Origin: Planctomycetota bacterium | GTDB taxonomy: Bacteria > Planctomycetota > JAJSAM01 > JAJVHW01 | Assembly (NCBI GenBank): GCA_965248445.1 | Contig: CBDFJG010000004.1 | Location: 1,344,001 to 1,408,000, forward strand | Reading direction: 5' to 3' | Length of the DNA: 64,000 bases | Shown here: positions 37,348 through 46,036 of the stretch, in pieces | Position numbering within the stretch: position 1 is the stretch's first letter | How the letters are laid out: the number at the start of each line of letters is the position of its first letter | Notes under the pieces: model-generated | Told to the model about the DNA's origin: nothing | The model's database searches: none | The model's input: only the letters and a program-made list of their open reading frames with translations | Position numbers and translations under genes: made by a program

Positions 37348-37681
37348 GACGCCGAGCGCGATCTCTGGCATGAATATCTCTCGTGCCACAAGGACTAGTG
37401 CTCGTTCAGCCGTTGCCCTGCTACGGGTTGCCTGATTCGTCCAACGACGGGGGCTCGCTGCGCCTTGAGGTGAGAGGGCGCCCCCCGACAACGCAGATCG
37501 TGGATCCACGCGACTCGCGGGCTTGGGCGAGTGAAGCCGGTGCACCGGAGCGACCCTCCCTTGATCGGCGATCCGGCTTGCCTGACGCCAGGAGGGCGAC
37601 GGGCCACCGTGAGAGCGCCGTCAGTAGGAGGTCGCGCCGACCCGCCGGTCAGTGCAGATATCGCGTACGAAGGGCACGCAC

Positions 37682-37993
37682 GTGAGCCGCGCGAGGCTGC
37701 CCGACCGGTACGGCAACGTCGTCGCCTGCGCCCGGGCGGTCCTGGGTCTCACCCAGGATGAGCTCGCCAACCGCGTTGGGATGTCGCCCGCATCGGTTAG
37801 CGCCGTCGAGCGTGGGTGCCAAGGGAGAGGGCCTCTCGATCGAATCGAGGACACCGCGGCGGCAATCGGCCTCACGCCTGGTCAGCTCCTCGCCCTCGCG
37901 GGAGCCGACCCGACGGAGGACCAGGAGGCCCTCGCGAACACGATCGCGCGTGCCCTAGTGGCCCGCCGCGGCGAGCTGGAGCGCTGCGCATGA
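37682..37993 (+). CDS. XRE-family HTH transcriptional regulator
   Basis: ARAVLGLTQDELANRVGMSPASVSAVERG. Confidence 0.82.
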   Translation: MSRARLPDRYGNVVACARAVLGLTQDELANRVGMSPASVSAVERGCQGRGPLDRIEDTAAAIGLTPGQLLALAGADPTEDQEALANTIARALVARRGELERCA

Positions 37994-39186
37994 GCGCGAC
38001 GATGAGCACGACGGCGCTCCTGACCGCGCGCGAGGTCGCGGACATGCTCCGGCTGACCGAGCGGGGCGTGCAACGAATGGCCCAACGCGGTGAGATCGCC
38101 GGTTTCAAGCTGGGCGCGAGTTGGCGTTTCCTCGAGGGGGACGTTTCGACGTATAAGAGCTCGCTCAGACAGCTCGAGCGCGTGCTGCAGCTCTCCGGAC
38201 GGCGCGAGATGGCCATACCTCTCGAGGACCATCGCGGGCCCGGAGTGGCCGAGCCACCGTGCGACGGTCGGAATCGGGACTCCCGCGCGCACGAGAAGCG
38301 ATCCGCGCACATGCCGGAGATGCCGGCGGAGGAGGCCCTCGTGCCCGATAGCCTTCGTGGCTCGCCTCCACGCCTCCTGACCCGGCCTCGTCCAGACCCC
38401 GCCCTTCGCGAAGACGCGATCCGCGCCCGTGAGGGGAGCGACCCGCTCGGCCAGGAGCCGGCGGAGCGCCGCACGGGCGAGGCGTCGCAGCGGGACGTGC
38501 ACGAGGGCCCCGGTCTTCTGGCGCGTCCACGCCGCGAAGGCGAGATCCTCGCCCACCTGGGCCCAAGTGAGCCGTCGCGCCGCTCCGACGTCCGCGCCCG
38601 TCTCGCCCAGGAAGACCGCGCTCGCGCGGTAGTACCGCGGGACGGCGCGATAGAGCGCCCGGAGCTCGCGCTCGCTCAGGAACGGCGGGGCCGTGCGCGT
38701 CTCGCGGGGGAGCTGGACCTCGCGCCAGACGTTCCGCTCGAGGAGATCCACGCGAGCCGCGCTCGCCCAGGCCTTCGAGAGCGCCGACCGGTACCGTCGC
38801 GCCGTCGCCGGCGAGAATCCACGGCCGCCGATCAGCCCCTCGAGGAAGGCCTGCGCGCTCGCGACCGTCACCCCCCGCATCGGGACGCCCTCGAAGGCCT
38901 CGGCCGCCGCGAGGAGCTGACGCGATTGGTCCTTGTAGGTCGAGGCCGCGACGCGGATCGCGAGCGCCGCGGCGTAGTGGTCCGCGATGAAGGCCGCGAG
39001 AGTGGGCGCCGGCGGGACGAGGGGAGCGACGAGCTCCTCCCGAAGGGCCCGGGCGTATCGGTTCGCCTCGGACTTCGTCGTGCCCGCCCGACGGTTGACC
39101 TGGCGGCCGTCCGGCGTCCGGAATCGAACGTACCAGGCCCCGCGGTCGGCGCGTTTGTAGACGTGCGGCTCAGCCTCTCTCGGCAC
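37882..39186 (-). CDS. Tyrosine recombinase/integrase, catalytically degenerate
   Basis: Arm-binding-like WYVRFRTPDGRQ, SPATARRY, QKTG, RHLRH, LGHS, RYGH; box I reads TGADVGA rather than TGxRxxE. Confidence 0.8.
   Translation of the reverse strand: MPREAEPHVYKRADRGAWYVRFRTPDGRQVNRRAGTTKSEANRYARALREELVAPLVPPAPTLAAFIADHYAAALAIRVAASTYKDQSRQLLAAAEAFEGVPMRGVTVASAQAFLEGLIGGRGFSPATARRYRSALSKAWASAARVDLLERNVWREVQLPRETRTAPPFLSERELRALYRAVPRYYRASAVFLGETGADVGAARRLTWAQVGEDLAFAAWTRQKTGALVHVPLRRLARAALRRLLAERVAPLTGADRVFAKGGVWTRPGQEAWRRATKAIGHEGLLRRHLRHVRGSLLVRAGVPIPTVARWLGHSGPAMVLERYGHLAPSGELQHALELSERALIRRNVPLEETPTRAQLETGDLTALGHSLHAPLGQPEHVRDLARGQERRRAHRRAHAQRSSSPRRATRARAIVFARASWSSVGSAPARARS
37990..38170 (+). 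pseudogene. Excisionase-like (HTH_17) domain lacking a nearby stop codon
   Basis: LLTAREVADMLRLTERGVQRMAQRGEIAGFKLGASWRF; ATGA overlap with the XRE gene; the frame stays open to 39516. Confidence 0.7.
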
Positions 39187-39293
39187 GCTCTCGCCCTCGT
39201 TCCGGTCCCCTATCCGGTCCCCGGCCGATGGTACCGGGCCTCCAGACCGAGCGCGAGAGTCGCCTTAAACCCCGCGCCCGCAATGGGTTCGGC

Positions 39294-39370
<77 letters not shown>

Positions 39371-39458
39371 CCATGCTGAGATTCTGGGCTGAAATTGTGT
39401 TCGGAGATTGTCTCCCATCGCGGCCCCGATCGGCGGAGCTTGGCCCGATCGACTGCAC

Positions 39459-39536
<78 letters not shown>

Positions 39537-39842
39537 ATCGTGCCGCTCGCAACGTCCCACGCGGGGACCGGCCCCTCCGAGATTCATGAGAAGGAGCGGC
39601 GCCGGTCTCGCGTCCAGGCTTGTCAAAGTGGCGCCGTCGGTCACCCGGCGGAGTCCCGTTCAACGCGCTTCGCCGTGATCCGGTTCGGTGTGTCTCGCGG
39701 GGCGCGGAGCCTAGGACCGGCCCCAGGGGCGGCGAAGCGAAATCGAGCGTGAGGCCCCGCTCGCTCCGGCTTTCCGAACCGGTGGCCGCTGCGACACAAT
39801 CCCGGTCCGCGCACGAAGGACGGCGCGGATCGGGAGGAAGAC

Positions 39843-41120
39843 ATGCGAGTGCTCGTCGTCGGCAGCGGTGGCCGCGAACACGTGCTGGCGTGGAAGATCC
39901 GGCAGAGCCCGCGCGTCAGCGAGGTGATCTGCGCCCCCGGTAACGCGGGCACGAGCGACGTCGCGCGGAACGTGAACGTGGCCGCGACCGACATCCCCGG
40001 AGTGCTGAAGCTCTGCCGCGTCGAGCGGATCGACTTCGCGGTCATCGGTCCGGAGGCGCCGCTCGCCGCCGGCATGGCGGACCGCCTGCGCGACGCCGGA
40101 GTGCGCGTGTTCGGGCCGGGGCAGACGGGCGCGCAACTCGAGTCCTCGAAGGCGTTCGCCAAGAGCCTCATGCAGAAGTACGCCATCCCGACGCCGTCCG
40201 CGCGCACGTTCCATCACTTCGAGAGCGCGCGCGCATACCTCGAGAACCAGATCCACTTCCCGGTCGTGCTGAAGGCGGACGGACTCGCGGCGGGCAAGGG
40301 CGTCGTGCTGCCGGAGACGGGGGAGGAAGCGATCGAAGCGGCGCGTGAGATGATGGAGGGGGAGCGTTTCGGCGACGCCGGCAAGACACTGCTCGTCGAG
40401 GAGTTCCTGCGCGGCGAGGAACTCTCGGTCCTGGCGCTGACTGACGGCCGCACGATCGCGGTTCTCGAGCCGTCGCAGGACCACAAGCGCGCACGCGACG
40501 ACGACCGGGGAGCGAACACCGGCGGGATGGGGGCGTACAGCCCGGCGCCGGTCGGCAGTCCCGAGATGATGTCGCGGGTGACCGAGGACGTCCTGGTACG
40601 CATCGTGCACGCCCTCGGCCGCGAGCGCATCGAGTACCGCGGCGTCATCTACGCCGGGATCATGGCGACCCGCGGCGGCCCGCGCGTCATCGAGTTCAAC
40701 GCGCGTTTCGGCGACCCGGAGGCGCAGGCCGTGCTGATGCGGACGCAGTCCGACCTCATGCCGTTGCTGGAGGGCTGCGCCGACGGCAAGCTCTCCGACG
40801 TCGAAGAGCTGACGTGGGATCCGCGCCCCGCGGTGTGCGTCGTCATGGCGTCGCGGGGGTATCCGGCTTCGTCCAGCAAGGGCGACGTGATCACCGGGCT
40901 CGAGGACGTCAAGGCCATGGACGACGTGGTCGTGTTCCACGCCGGGACCCGCCGCGAGGGGCACGACGTCGTCACGAACGGCGGCCGCGTGCTGGGTGTC
41001 ACCGCGCTGGGCGACACGATCCAGTCAGCACGCGACCGCGCTTATGAGGCCGCCGGGAAGATCTCGTTCGACGGCATGCACTTCCGCCGCGACATCGCGG
41101 CCCGTGCTCTCGATGGCTAG
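39843..41120 (+). CDS. purD: Phosphoribosylamine--glycine ligase
   Basis: GSGGREH, APGNAG, GPEAPL, LESSK, KADGLAAGKGV, QDHKR, NTGGMGAY, EFNARFGDPE, TNGGRVL. Confidence 0.97.
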   Translation: MRVLVVGSGGREHVLAWKIRQSPRVSEVICAPGNAGTSDVARNVNVAATDIPGVLKLCRVERIDFAVIGPEAPLAAGMADRLRDAGVRVFGPGQTGAQLESSKAFAKSLMQKYAIPTPSARTFHHFESARAYLENQIHFPVVLKADGLAAGKGVVLPETGEEAIEAAREMMEGERFGDAGKTLLVEEFLRGEELSVLALTDGRTIAVLEPSQDHKRARDDDRGANTGGMGAYSPAPVGSPEMMSRVTEDVLVRIVHALGRERIEYRGVIYAGIMATRGGPRVIEFNARFGDPEAQAVLMRTQSDLMPLLEGCADGKLSDVEELTWDPRPAVCVVMASRGYPASSSKGDVITGLEDVKAMDDVVVFHAGTRREGHDVVTNGGRVLGVTALGDTIQSARDRAYEAAGKISFDGMHFRRDIAARALDG

Positions 41121-41124
41121 TCAG

Positions 41125-41943
41125 CTACCGCGCGCCGCGGAGCATGTTCAGGAAGCGCACGATCTTCTTGTGCACCTCGGGGTACTGGCGCACGACCAGG
41201 CGTCGCTCGTCCGCGCTCATCGAGACCTTCTCGTGCTCCCACGTCTCGGACTCGACGAACTCGCGGAGCATGTCGGCGATCTTCTCCGGATCGGAGAGAC
41301 CGCTCTCGACGATGGACTCCTCTTCCTCCTCGAACTCCGCACCGGATGAGCGCAGGTTCATGTCGGGGCCGGGAAAGTTCCGGATCTCGTGTGTCAGGTC
41401 GCCGATCGAGTAGATGCGCAGGACCGGTACGCCGCGCGCCGCTTCGGGCGTCGTGAACAGCAGGATGCGATTGCGCATCGCGAGCTTCGTCTTCGTCAGC
41501 CGCGTGATCAGTTGCGAGAGAGTGCGCAGGTTGACGTCGGTGAGCTTCAGGGTGAGCTTCGGCACGCCTTCGATGCCCTCGTTCTGGAGGGCGGGGCCGA
41601 CGATGACGTTGAACCCGGCGAGGCGGCCGATGTAGTCGATCGCCTCGTCGATCGGCATCTCCTTCCAGTCGACGCTCGTGCGGACCGCCGCGAGCCGACG
41701 AAGTGCCGCATTCATGTTCTTGGGCGCGGGCACCTTGCGCACGCGGCGCACCGCCGCGTTCGACTCGAGTTCGGTCGTCTTCTTGGCGTCGTCGGCCTTC
41801 TTCGTCAGCGCGGCGGCCTTCTTGCGCAGGGCGTCGAGCCGGTCGAGGACCGGTTTCTCGTCCGCCGCGGCGGATCCCGCCATGGCGAACGTCCCTGCAA
41901 GCAGCGCCGGAATGACGATCCGGCGATAGAGCAGTCTGGGCAT
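41125..41943 (-). CDS. Exported protein with STN-like and secretin N-domain-like regions but no secretin barrel
   Basis: Signal peptide; VDWKEMPIDEAIDYI...NVIV...LTLKLTDVNL, then RIYSIGDL...FPGP...ETW...LVVRQYPEVHKKIVRFLNMLR ending at the stop. Confidence 0.6.
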   Translation of the reverse strand: MPRLLYRRIVIPALLAGTFAMAGSAAADEKPVLDRLDALRKKAAALTKKADDAKKTTELESNAAVRRVRKVPAPKNMNAALRRLAAVRTSVDWKEMPIDEAIDYIGRLAGFNVIVGPALQNEGIEGVPKLTLKLTDVNLRTLSQLITRLTKTKLAMRNRILLFTTPEAARGVPVLRIYSIGDLTHEIRNFPGPDMNLRSSGAEFEEEEESIVESGLSDPEKIADMLREFVESETWEHEKVSMSADERRLVVRQYPEVHKKIVRFLNMLRGAR

Positions 41944-42037
41944 AGGTACCTCCAACTGCGAACCCCGACCGCTGCGAGTGTACCCGAGGTCGGCGGAGCG
42001 TGGTCCCGGCGCGCCGCCGTCGAGTAGAACCGTACCC

Positions 42038-42463
42038 ATGCACGAAGCCGTGGCTGAGGTCACCGAGTTCCTGCGAGACCGCGGCCTCCGCGTGACCGCG
42101 GCGCGCGGGCAGATCATCGAGACCGTCCTGGAGCTGGGCGGCCACTTCTCGGCCGACGAACTCCTGGCGGCCGTCAGCGCGCGCGGCCACCGGGCCAGCC
42201 GGGCGTCGGTCTATCGGACCCTGGCGCTGCTGGTGGATGGCGGGTTCGTGGAGAGCCGCGAGTTCCAGCGCGGCCAGCTCGCCTACGAGGTCATGGTCGG
42301 GCACGTGCACCACGACCACCTGATCTGCAACGCGTGCGGTCGCATCGTCGAGTTCGAGAACGACGAGATCGAGCAGCTCCAGGACGACGTCGCCGAAGCG
42401 CACGGGTTCACGTTGGAGTCGCATTCGTTGCGGCTCTTCGGCCGGTGCGCGGACTGCCGCTAG
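42038..42463 (+). CDS. fur: Fur-family transcriptional regulator
   Basis: GLRVTAAR, HFSADEL, SRASVYRTL, HHDHLICNACG, CADC. Confidence 0.9.
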   Translation: MHEAVAEVTEFLRDRGLRVTAARGQIIETVLELGGHFSADELLAAVSARGHRASRASVYRTLALLVDGGFVESREFQRGQLAYEVMVGHVHHDHLICNACGRIVEFENDEIEQLQDDVAEAHGFTLESHSLRLFGRCADCR

Positions 42464-42480
42464 GGAGTCGTCGTCAGTTC

Positions 42481-42507
42481 GCGGGCGGGGGTGGACCCCG
42501 CCCCTAC
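42481..42507 (-). repeat. GTAG-type REP-like palindrome between convergent genes
   Basis: Minus strand reads GTAG-GGGCGGGG-TCCAC-CCCCGCCC. Confidence 0.6.
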
Positions 42508-42527
42508 GGGTTCACCGGGGCGGCCCG

Positions 42528-44189
42528 TCAGACGCGGACGAGGCAGGCGGTGGGGGAGCGGCCGCTCGTGAGCATGCGCGAGGTGTGGATCATGCCGTGC
42601 TTCTCAGCGAGAGCGGGCACGATCTCCTCGACGATGCGTCGCTGGTACTCCGGGTCCGGATCGCCGGGGCGCTCGCCCTTCGTGTACAGCTCCTTGTAGC
42701 GCGGCACGAGGGGCGACGCGTAGCTGTCCAGGAACACTTTGATGCGGGTGCGGGCCGAGCCGTGCAGGTTGAGCACCTCGGGGACGACCCATGACGCGCC
42801 GGCATCCGCCGCGCGCCGGATCATCTCCTCGAGCATGTTCTCGTCGTCGGTCAGGTCCGGCATGATCGGCGACAGGAGGAGCCCGACGGGGATGCCGCGC
42901 GAGCTGAGCGCGCGCATCGTCCTCAGTCGCTCCTTCACGCTCGACGTGCCGAGCTCGATCTTGTTGCGGATGCCCTCGACCGGCGTCTGCATCGCGATCA
43001 GGACGTTGGCGAGGTCCAGATCCGCCAGGTGCGCGAGGATGTCCGTGTCGCGCTGGATCAACTCCTGGCGGGTCTGCACGACCACCGGGTGCTGCAACGC
43101 GAGACACGTCTTCAGGATGTCCCGCGAGAGGTTGAAGCGTTCTTCGGCGGGCTGGTACGGGTCCGACGTGACGCCGAGGCCCAGAACGTGCCGCTCTCGG
43201 GGCAGCATCTCCGGCTCGCTCAGCTCTTCCGACAGCAACTGCGCTGCGTTCTGGACCACGGTGATACGGCGCTTGAAGTCCGCGTCGCCCTCGCCCTCGA
43301 ACTCCGAGCTGGTGCGCGCATTGCAGAACTCGCAGCGCAGCTGACAGCCGCGATACGGATCGGCGATGTGCGCCCAGGGGAGATGGTCGCTCTGTTGTGT
43401 CACCAGGAACGACGTGCCGAGCATCGGGAAGTAGTCGACGTCGCCGACGCCGCGGCGGGAGAGTGCCGCCGTCTGCTTGAGCGAGTCGCGGTCGAGTCCG
43501 CGCGTGCGGTCCGCGACCTCCGTCGCCGAGATGCCCTCGCAGAGCGCGCCGACCGGCAGCTCGAGCACGTGCGAGACGAGACGGAGCATGCGCGAGTCGT
43601 CCGTCTCGGACCATCGCTCGATCGACGGGATCACGAGCTCCGGCGCCAGAGTGCCGATCTCGTCGACCGCCTCGGCGATGGTGCGCCGCAGTTCGCTGGA
43701 CGCCATCGGCGCCATCCGCTCGAGGACCTTCATGCCGCGGTCGATGAAGTGGCGCAACAGACTCGGCCGGCCGATCTGACCGTCGACGACGATGCGCGCG
43801 ATGGTGCGCACGACAACGACGCGGACGGCGTCGTTCTCGGACTCGGCCCATTTCTCGGCCAGGTTCGAGACGGCGTCGGTGTGCACGAGCCAGAGCTGGG
43901 TCAGCGCGGCCTGGGCGCCGTGGGTGCGCACGTCCTCGTCCGAGTCGTGCGCCAGCTTGGCCACGTAGGGCAGGATCGTCTGGAAGCTGTCGCGGTCACG
44001 GGTGCCGATGACGCCGTAGCCCACGCCCGCCGCGATGCGGACCAGCTTGTCGGTGTGGAGGCTCCACTCTCGGAGCATCTCGAGCGCAGCCTCGGCGTCC
44101 CGCTGGTACAGACCGCGCACCGCAGCACCTGCCATGCGGGCGTGCTGCAGGCTCGGACGGGCGAGGAGACGGTCGAGGAGGCCTTGCAT
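42528..44189 (-). CDS. HEAT-repeat domain fused to an SPL-like (Rv2578c/PA0069-type) radical SAM domain
   Basis: N-terminal HEAT-like LAHDSDEDVR and WAESENDAVR; C-terminal DPYRGCQLRCEFCNAR, SDPYQPAE, RDTDIL, SPIMPDLTD. Confidence 0.82.
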   Translation of the reverse strand: MQGLLDRLLARPSLQHARMAGAAVRGLYQRDAEAALEMLREWSLHTDKLVRIAAGVGYGVIGTRDRDSFQTILPYVAKLAHDSDEDVRTHGAQAALTQLWLVHTDAVSNLAEKWAESENDAVRVVVVRTIARIVVDGQIGRPSLLRHFIDRGMKVLERMAPMASSELRRTIAEAVDEIGTLAPELVIPSIERWSETDDSRMLRLVSHVLELPVGALCEGISATEVADRTRGLDRDSLKQTAALSRRGVGDVDYFPMLGTSFLVTQQSDHLPWAHIADPYRGCQLRCEFCNARTSSEFEGEGDADFKRRITVVQNAAQLLSEELSEPEMLPRERHVLGLGVTSDPYQPAEERFNLSRDILKTCLALQHPVVVQTRQELIQRDTDILAHLADLDLANVLIAMQTPVEGIRNKIELGTSSVKERLRTMRALSSRGIPVGLLLSPIMPDLTDDENMLEEMIRRAADAGASWVVPEVLNLHGSARTRIKVFLDSYASPLVPRYKELYTKGERPGDPDPEYQRRIVEEIVPALAEKHGMIHTSRMLTSGRSPTACLVRV

Positions 44190-44349
44190 ACCGAGGACTC
44201 ATCGGCACGCGGGGCCCTCCCGGTTGACCGGCCGCGCGAGCCTACCCCAGCCTGGCCCGGATTGACGCCTCCGCGGGGTCGGCTAAGGTGCCCCTACGGT
44301 CGAGCGGGAGCAGCCGGCGCGCTGGCGCCGAGGATCAGGAGAAGCATCC

Positions 44350-45591
44350 GTGCGAAAGTCCCTTATTGCGGCGTCCTTGGTCGCGTTCCTCGCCTGCCCG
44401 GCCACTGCGCCGGCGGAGACAGTCGTGCTCGGCAACGGCGACGTCCTCGAAGGCAAGGTCGCCGACCACGGCGATCGCGTTCTCGTCACGACGGAGGACG
44501 GTGTCGTCTCCGTCAAGTGGCGCGACGTGGACGTCGTGCACCTCGACGACACCGCGCGCGACATCCTCGCCGCGCGCCGAGAGGCGGCCGGTGAGCGCGA
44601 CGCGAGCAAGCTCTACGCCGTCGCCCTTGCAGCCGTCCGTGCGGGCGTCCCGGACGAAGCCCTGGCGGCCGCGAAGGCCGTCGTCGCGATCGATCCGGAA
44701 CACGAGGGCGCGCGCGATCTGCTCGCGCAGCAGAAGGTCGACGGTGACTGGCTGTCGGGCGAAGCGCTCCTCGAGAAGAAGGGCTTCGTTCAGTACAGCG
44801 GCACCTGGATGCTCGCCGAGGAAGCGGCGCTACGAAAGGCGCGTGCCGACAAGCCCCGTCCGATGGATGAGGGTGAAGTGCGCGTGCAGGAACTCATCGC
44901 GCGCATGGCCAAGGGCGACGAGCGCGCGAAGAAGTTCGCGGCCGAAGCGATCGACGGTCTGCCGGACGAGTCGGTGGCCCGCCCGGCGCTGCGCGCGCTA
45001 CGCCGCGGCAAGACGGCGGAACGCGTCGTGGCCGCGGGGCTGCTGGCCAAGTGGGGCGACGTGGACGCGGTTCGCCCGCTCATCCGCGCGGCCGTCATGG
45101 ATCGCGAGTCGAGCGTGCGCACGGCCGCGATCGGGGCGCTCAAGAAGATCGAACACACCGACACGGCCCGACCGCTGGGCAAGGCCCTCTACAGCGAGAG
45201 CCCCGTCATCGCCGCCCACGCCGCGATGGCGCTCGGTGAGATCGGTGGCGCCGTGTCGATCGAGTACATCGTTCGTCGCGTGCAGAGCGGCGGCGGCCCC
45301 GGCGGGCGCAACCACATCTTCGTGGGACGCCAGATCAGCTACATCTCGGACTTCGATGTCGAGATCGCGCAGTTCTCGCAGATCGGCGATCCCATCGTCG
45401 GCACGATCCGCGAGGGCGTGATGCTCGACACGCGCGTGATCAGCGCGCGCGAGGAGTACACGACGGTCGAACGGCGCGCTTTCTACGGCGCGCTCCGCAA
45501 GGCGACCGGCCAGGACTTCGGCGAGAACGCCACCGCCTGGGCGAACTGGTGGGAAGACGAGGGTCGTGCTTCGATGACCGCGGCGAAGTAA
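44350..45591 (+). CDS. Exported HEAT-repeat protein with a secretin-like C-terminal segment
   Basis: Signal peptide, VVLGNGDVLEG beta domain, TPR/HEAT helices (VRTAAIGALKKI), QISYISDFDVEIAQ...DPIVGTIREGVMLDTR, ALRKATGQDFG...WANWW. Confidence 0.7.
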   Translation: MRKSLIAASLVAFLACPATAPAETVVLGNGDVLEGKVADHGDRVLVTTEDGVVSVKWRDVDVVHLDDTARDILAARREAAGERDASKLYAVALAAVRAGVPDEALAAAKAVVAIDPEHEGARDLLAQQKVDGDWLSGEALLEKKGFVQYSGTWMLAEEAALRKARADKPRPMDEGEVRVQELIARMAKGDERAKKFAAEAIDGLPDESVARPALRALRRGKTAERVVAAGLLAKWGDVDAVRPLIRAAVMDRESSVRTAAIGALKKIEHTDTARPLGKALYSESPVIAAHAAMALGEIGGAVSIEYIVRRVQSGGGPGGRNHIFVGRQISYISDFDVEIAQFSQIGDPIVGTIREGVMLDTRVISAREEYTTVERRAFYGALRKATGQDFGENATAWANWWEDEGRASMTAAK

Positions 45592-45635
45592 CAGAGCCGG
45601 GTCCAGACGCCCCCTCCAGACATCCCAGTCCAAAC

Positions 45636-45672
45636 AGAACGGCCGCGGGTCCAGATGACCAGCGGCCGTTCT
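45636..45672. terminator. Hairpin between convergent genes
   Basis: AGAACGGCCGC-GGGTC...GACC-AGCGGCCGTTCT. Confidence 0.55.
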
Positions 45673-45712
45673 CGATTCGCGTGCTTCGCGACGGACTGCA
45701 TGTGGCGGGAGT

Positions 45713-45952
45713 CTACGTAGCGGGAGTCGCCTCGCCGCCGACGGCCTCGGTCCCCTCTTCTTCGTCCTTGTCCTTCTTCTTCTTCTTCGCCTTGCTCTTG
45801 AAGACGGTGCGGACCTTGGGAAGACCGAGGACGGAGTCGCCCTCGAGCCAGCGCCGGTCGTGACGCAGCTTCTCGATCCTCTCGGCGCGTGTCAGCACGC
45901 TCCGCTTGCCGAGAAGGCCGGAGTTCACCTTGAGGCTGCGATCGATCGACAT
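45713..45952 (-). CDS. PVC superphylum small basic (signature) protein
   Basis: MSIDRSLK...RSVLTRAERIEKL...W.EGDSVLGLPKVR plus a lysine-rich tail. Confidence 0.85.
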   Translation of the reverse strand: MSIDRSLKVNSGLLGKRSVLTRAERIEKLRHDRRWLEGDSVLGLPKVRTVFKSKAKKKKKDKDEEEGTEAVGGEATPAT

Positions 45953-46036
45953 CGTGTGCTCCTGGCCGGACCGGCCCTTCTGGTTCAGAGGGCGCCGTGC
46001 GGCTGGTTCAGAGGGCGCCATGCGGTCCCGAACAAT

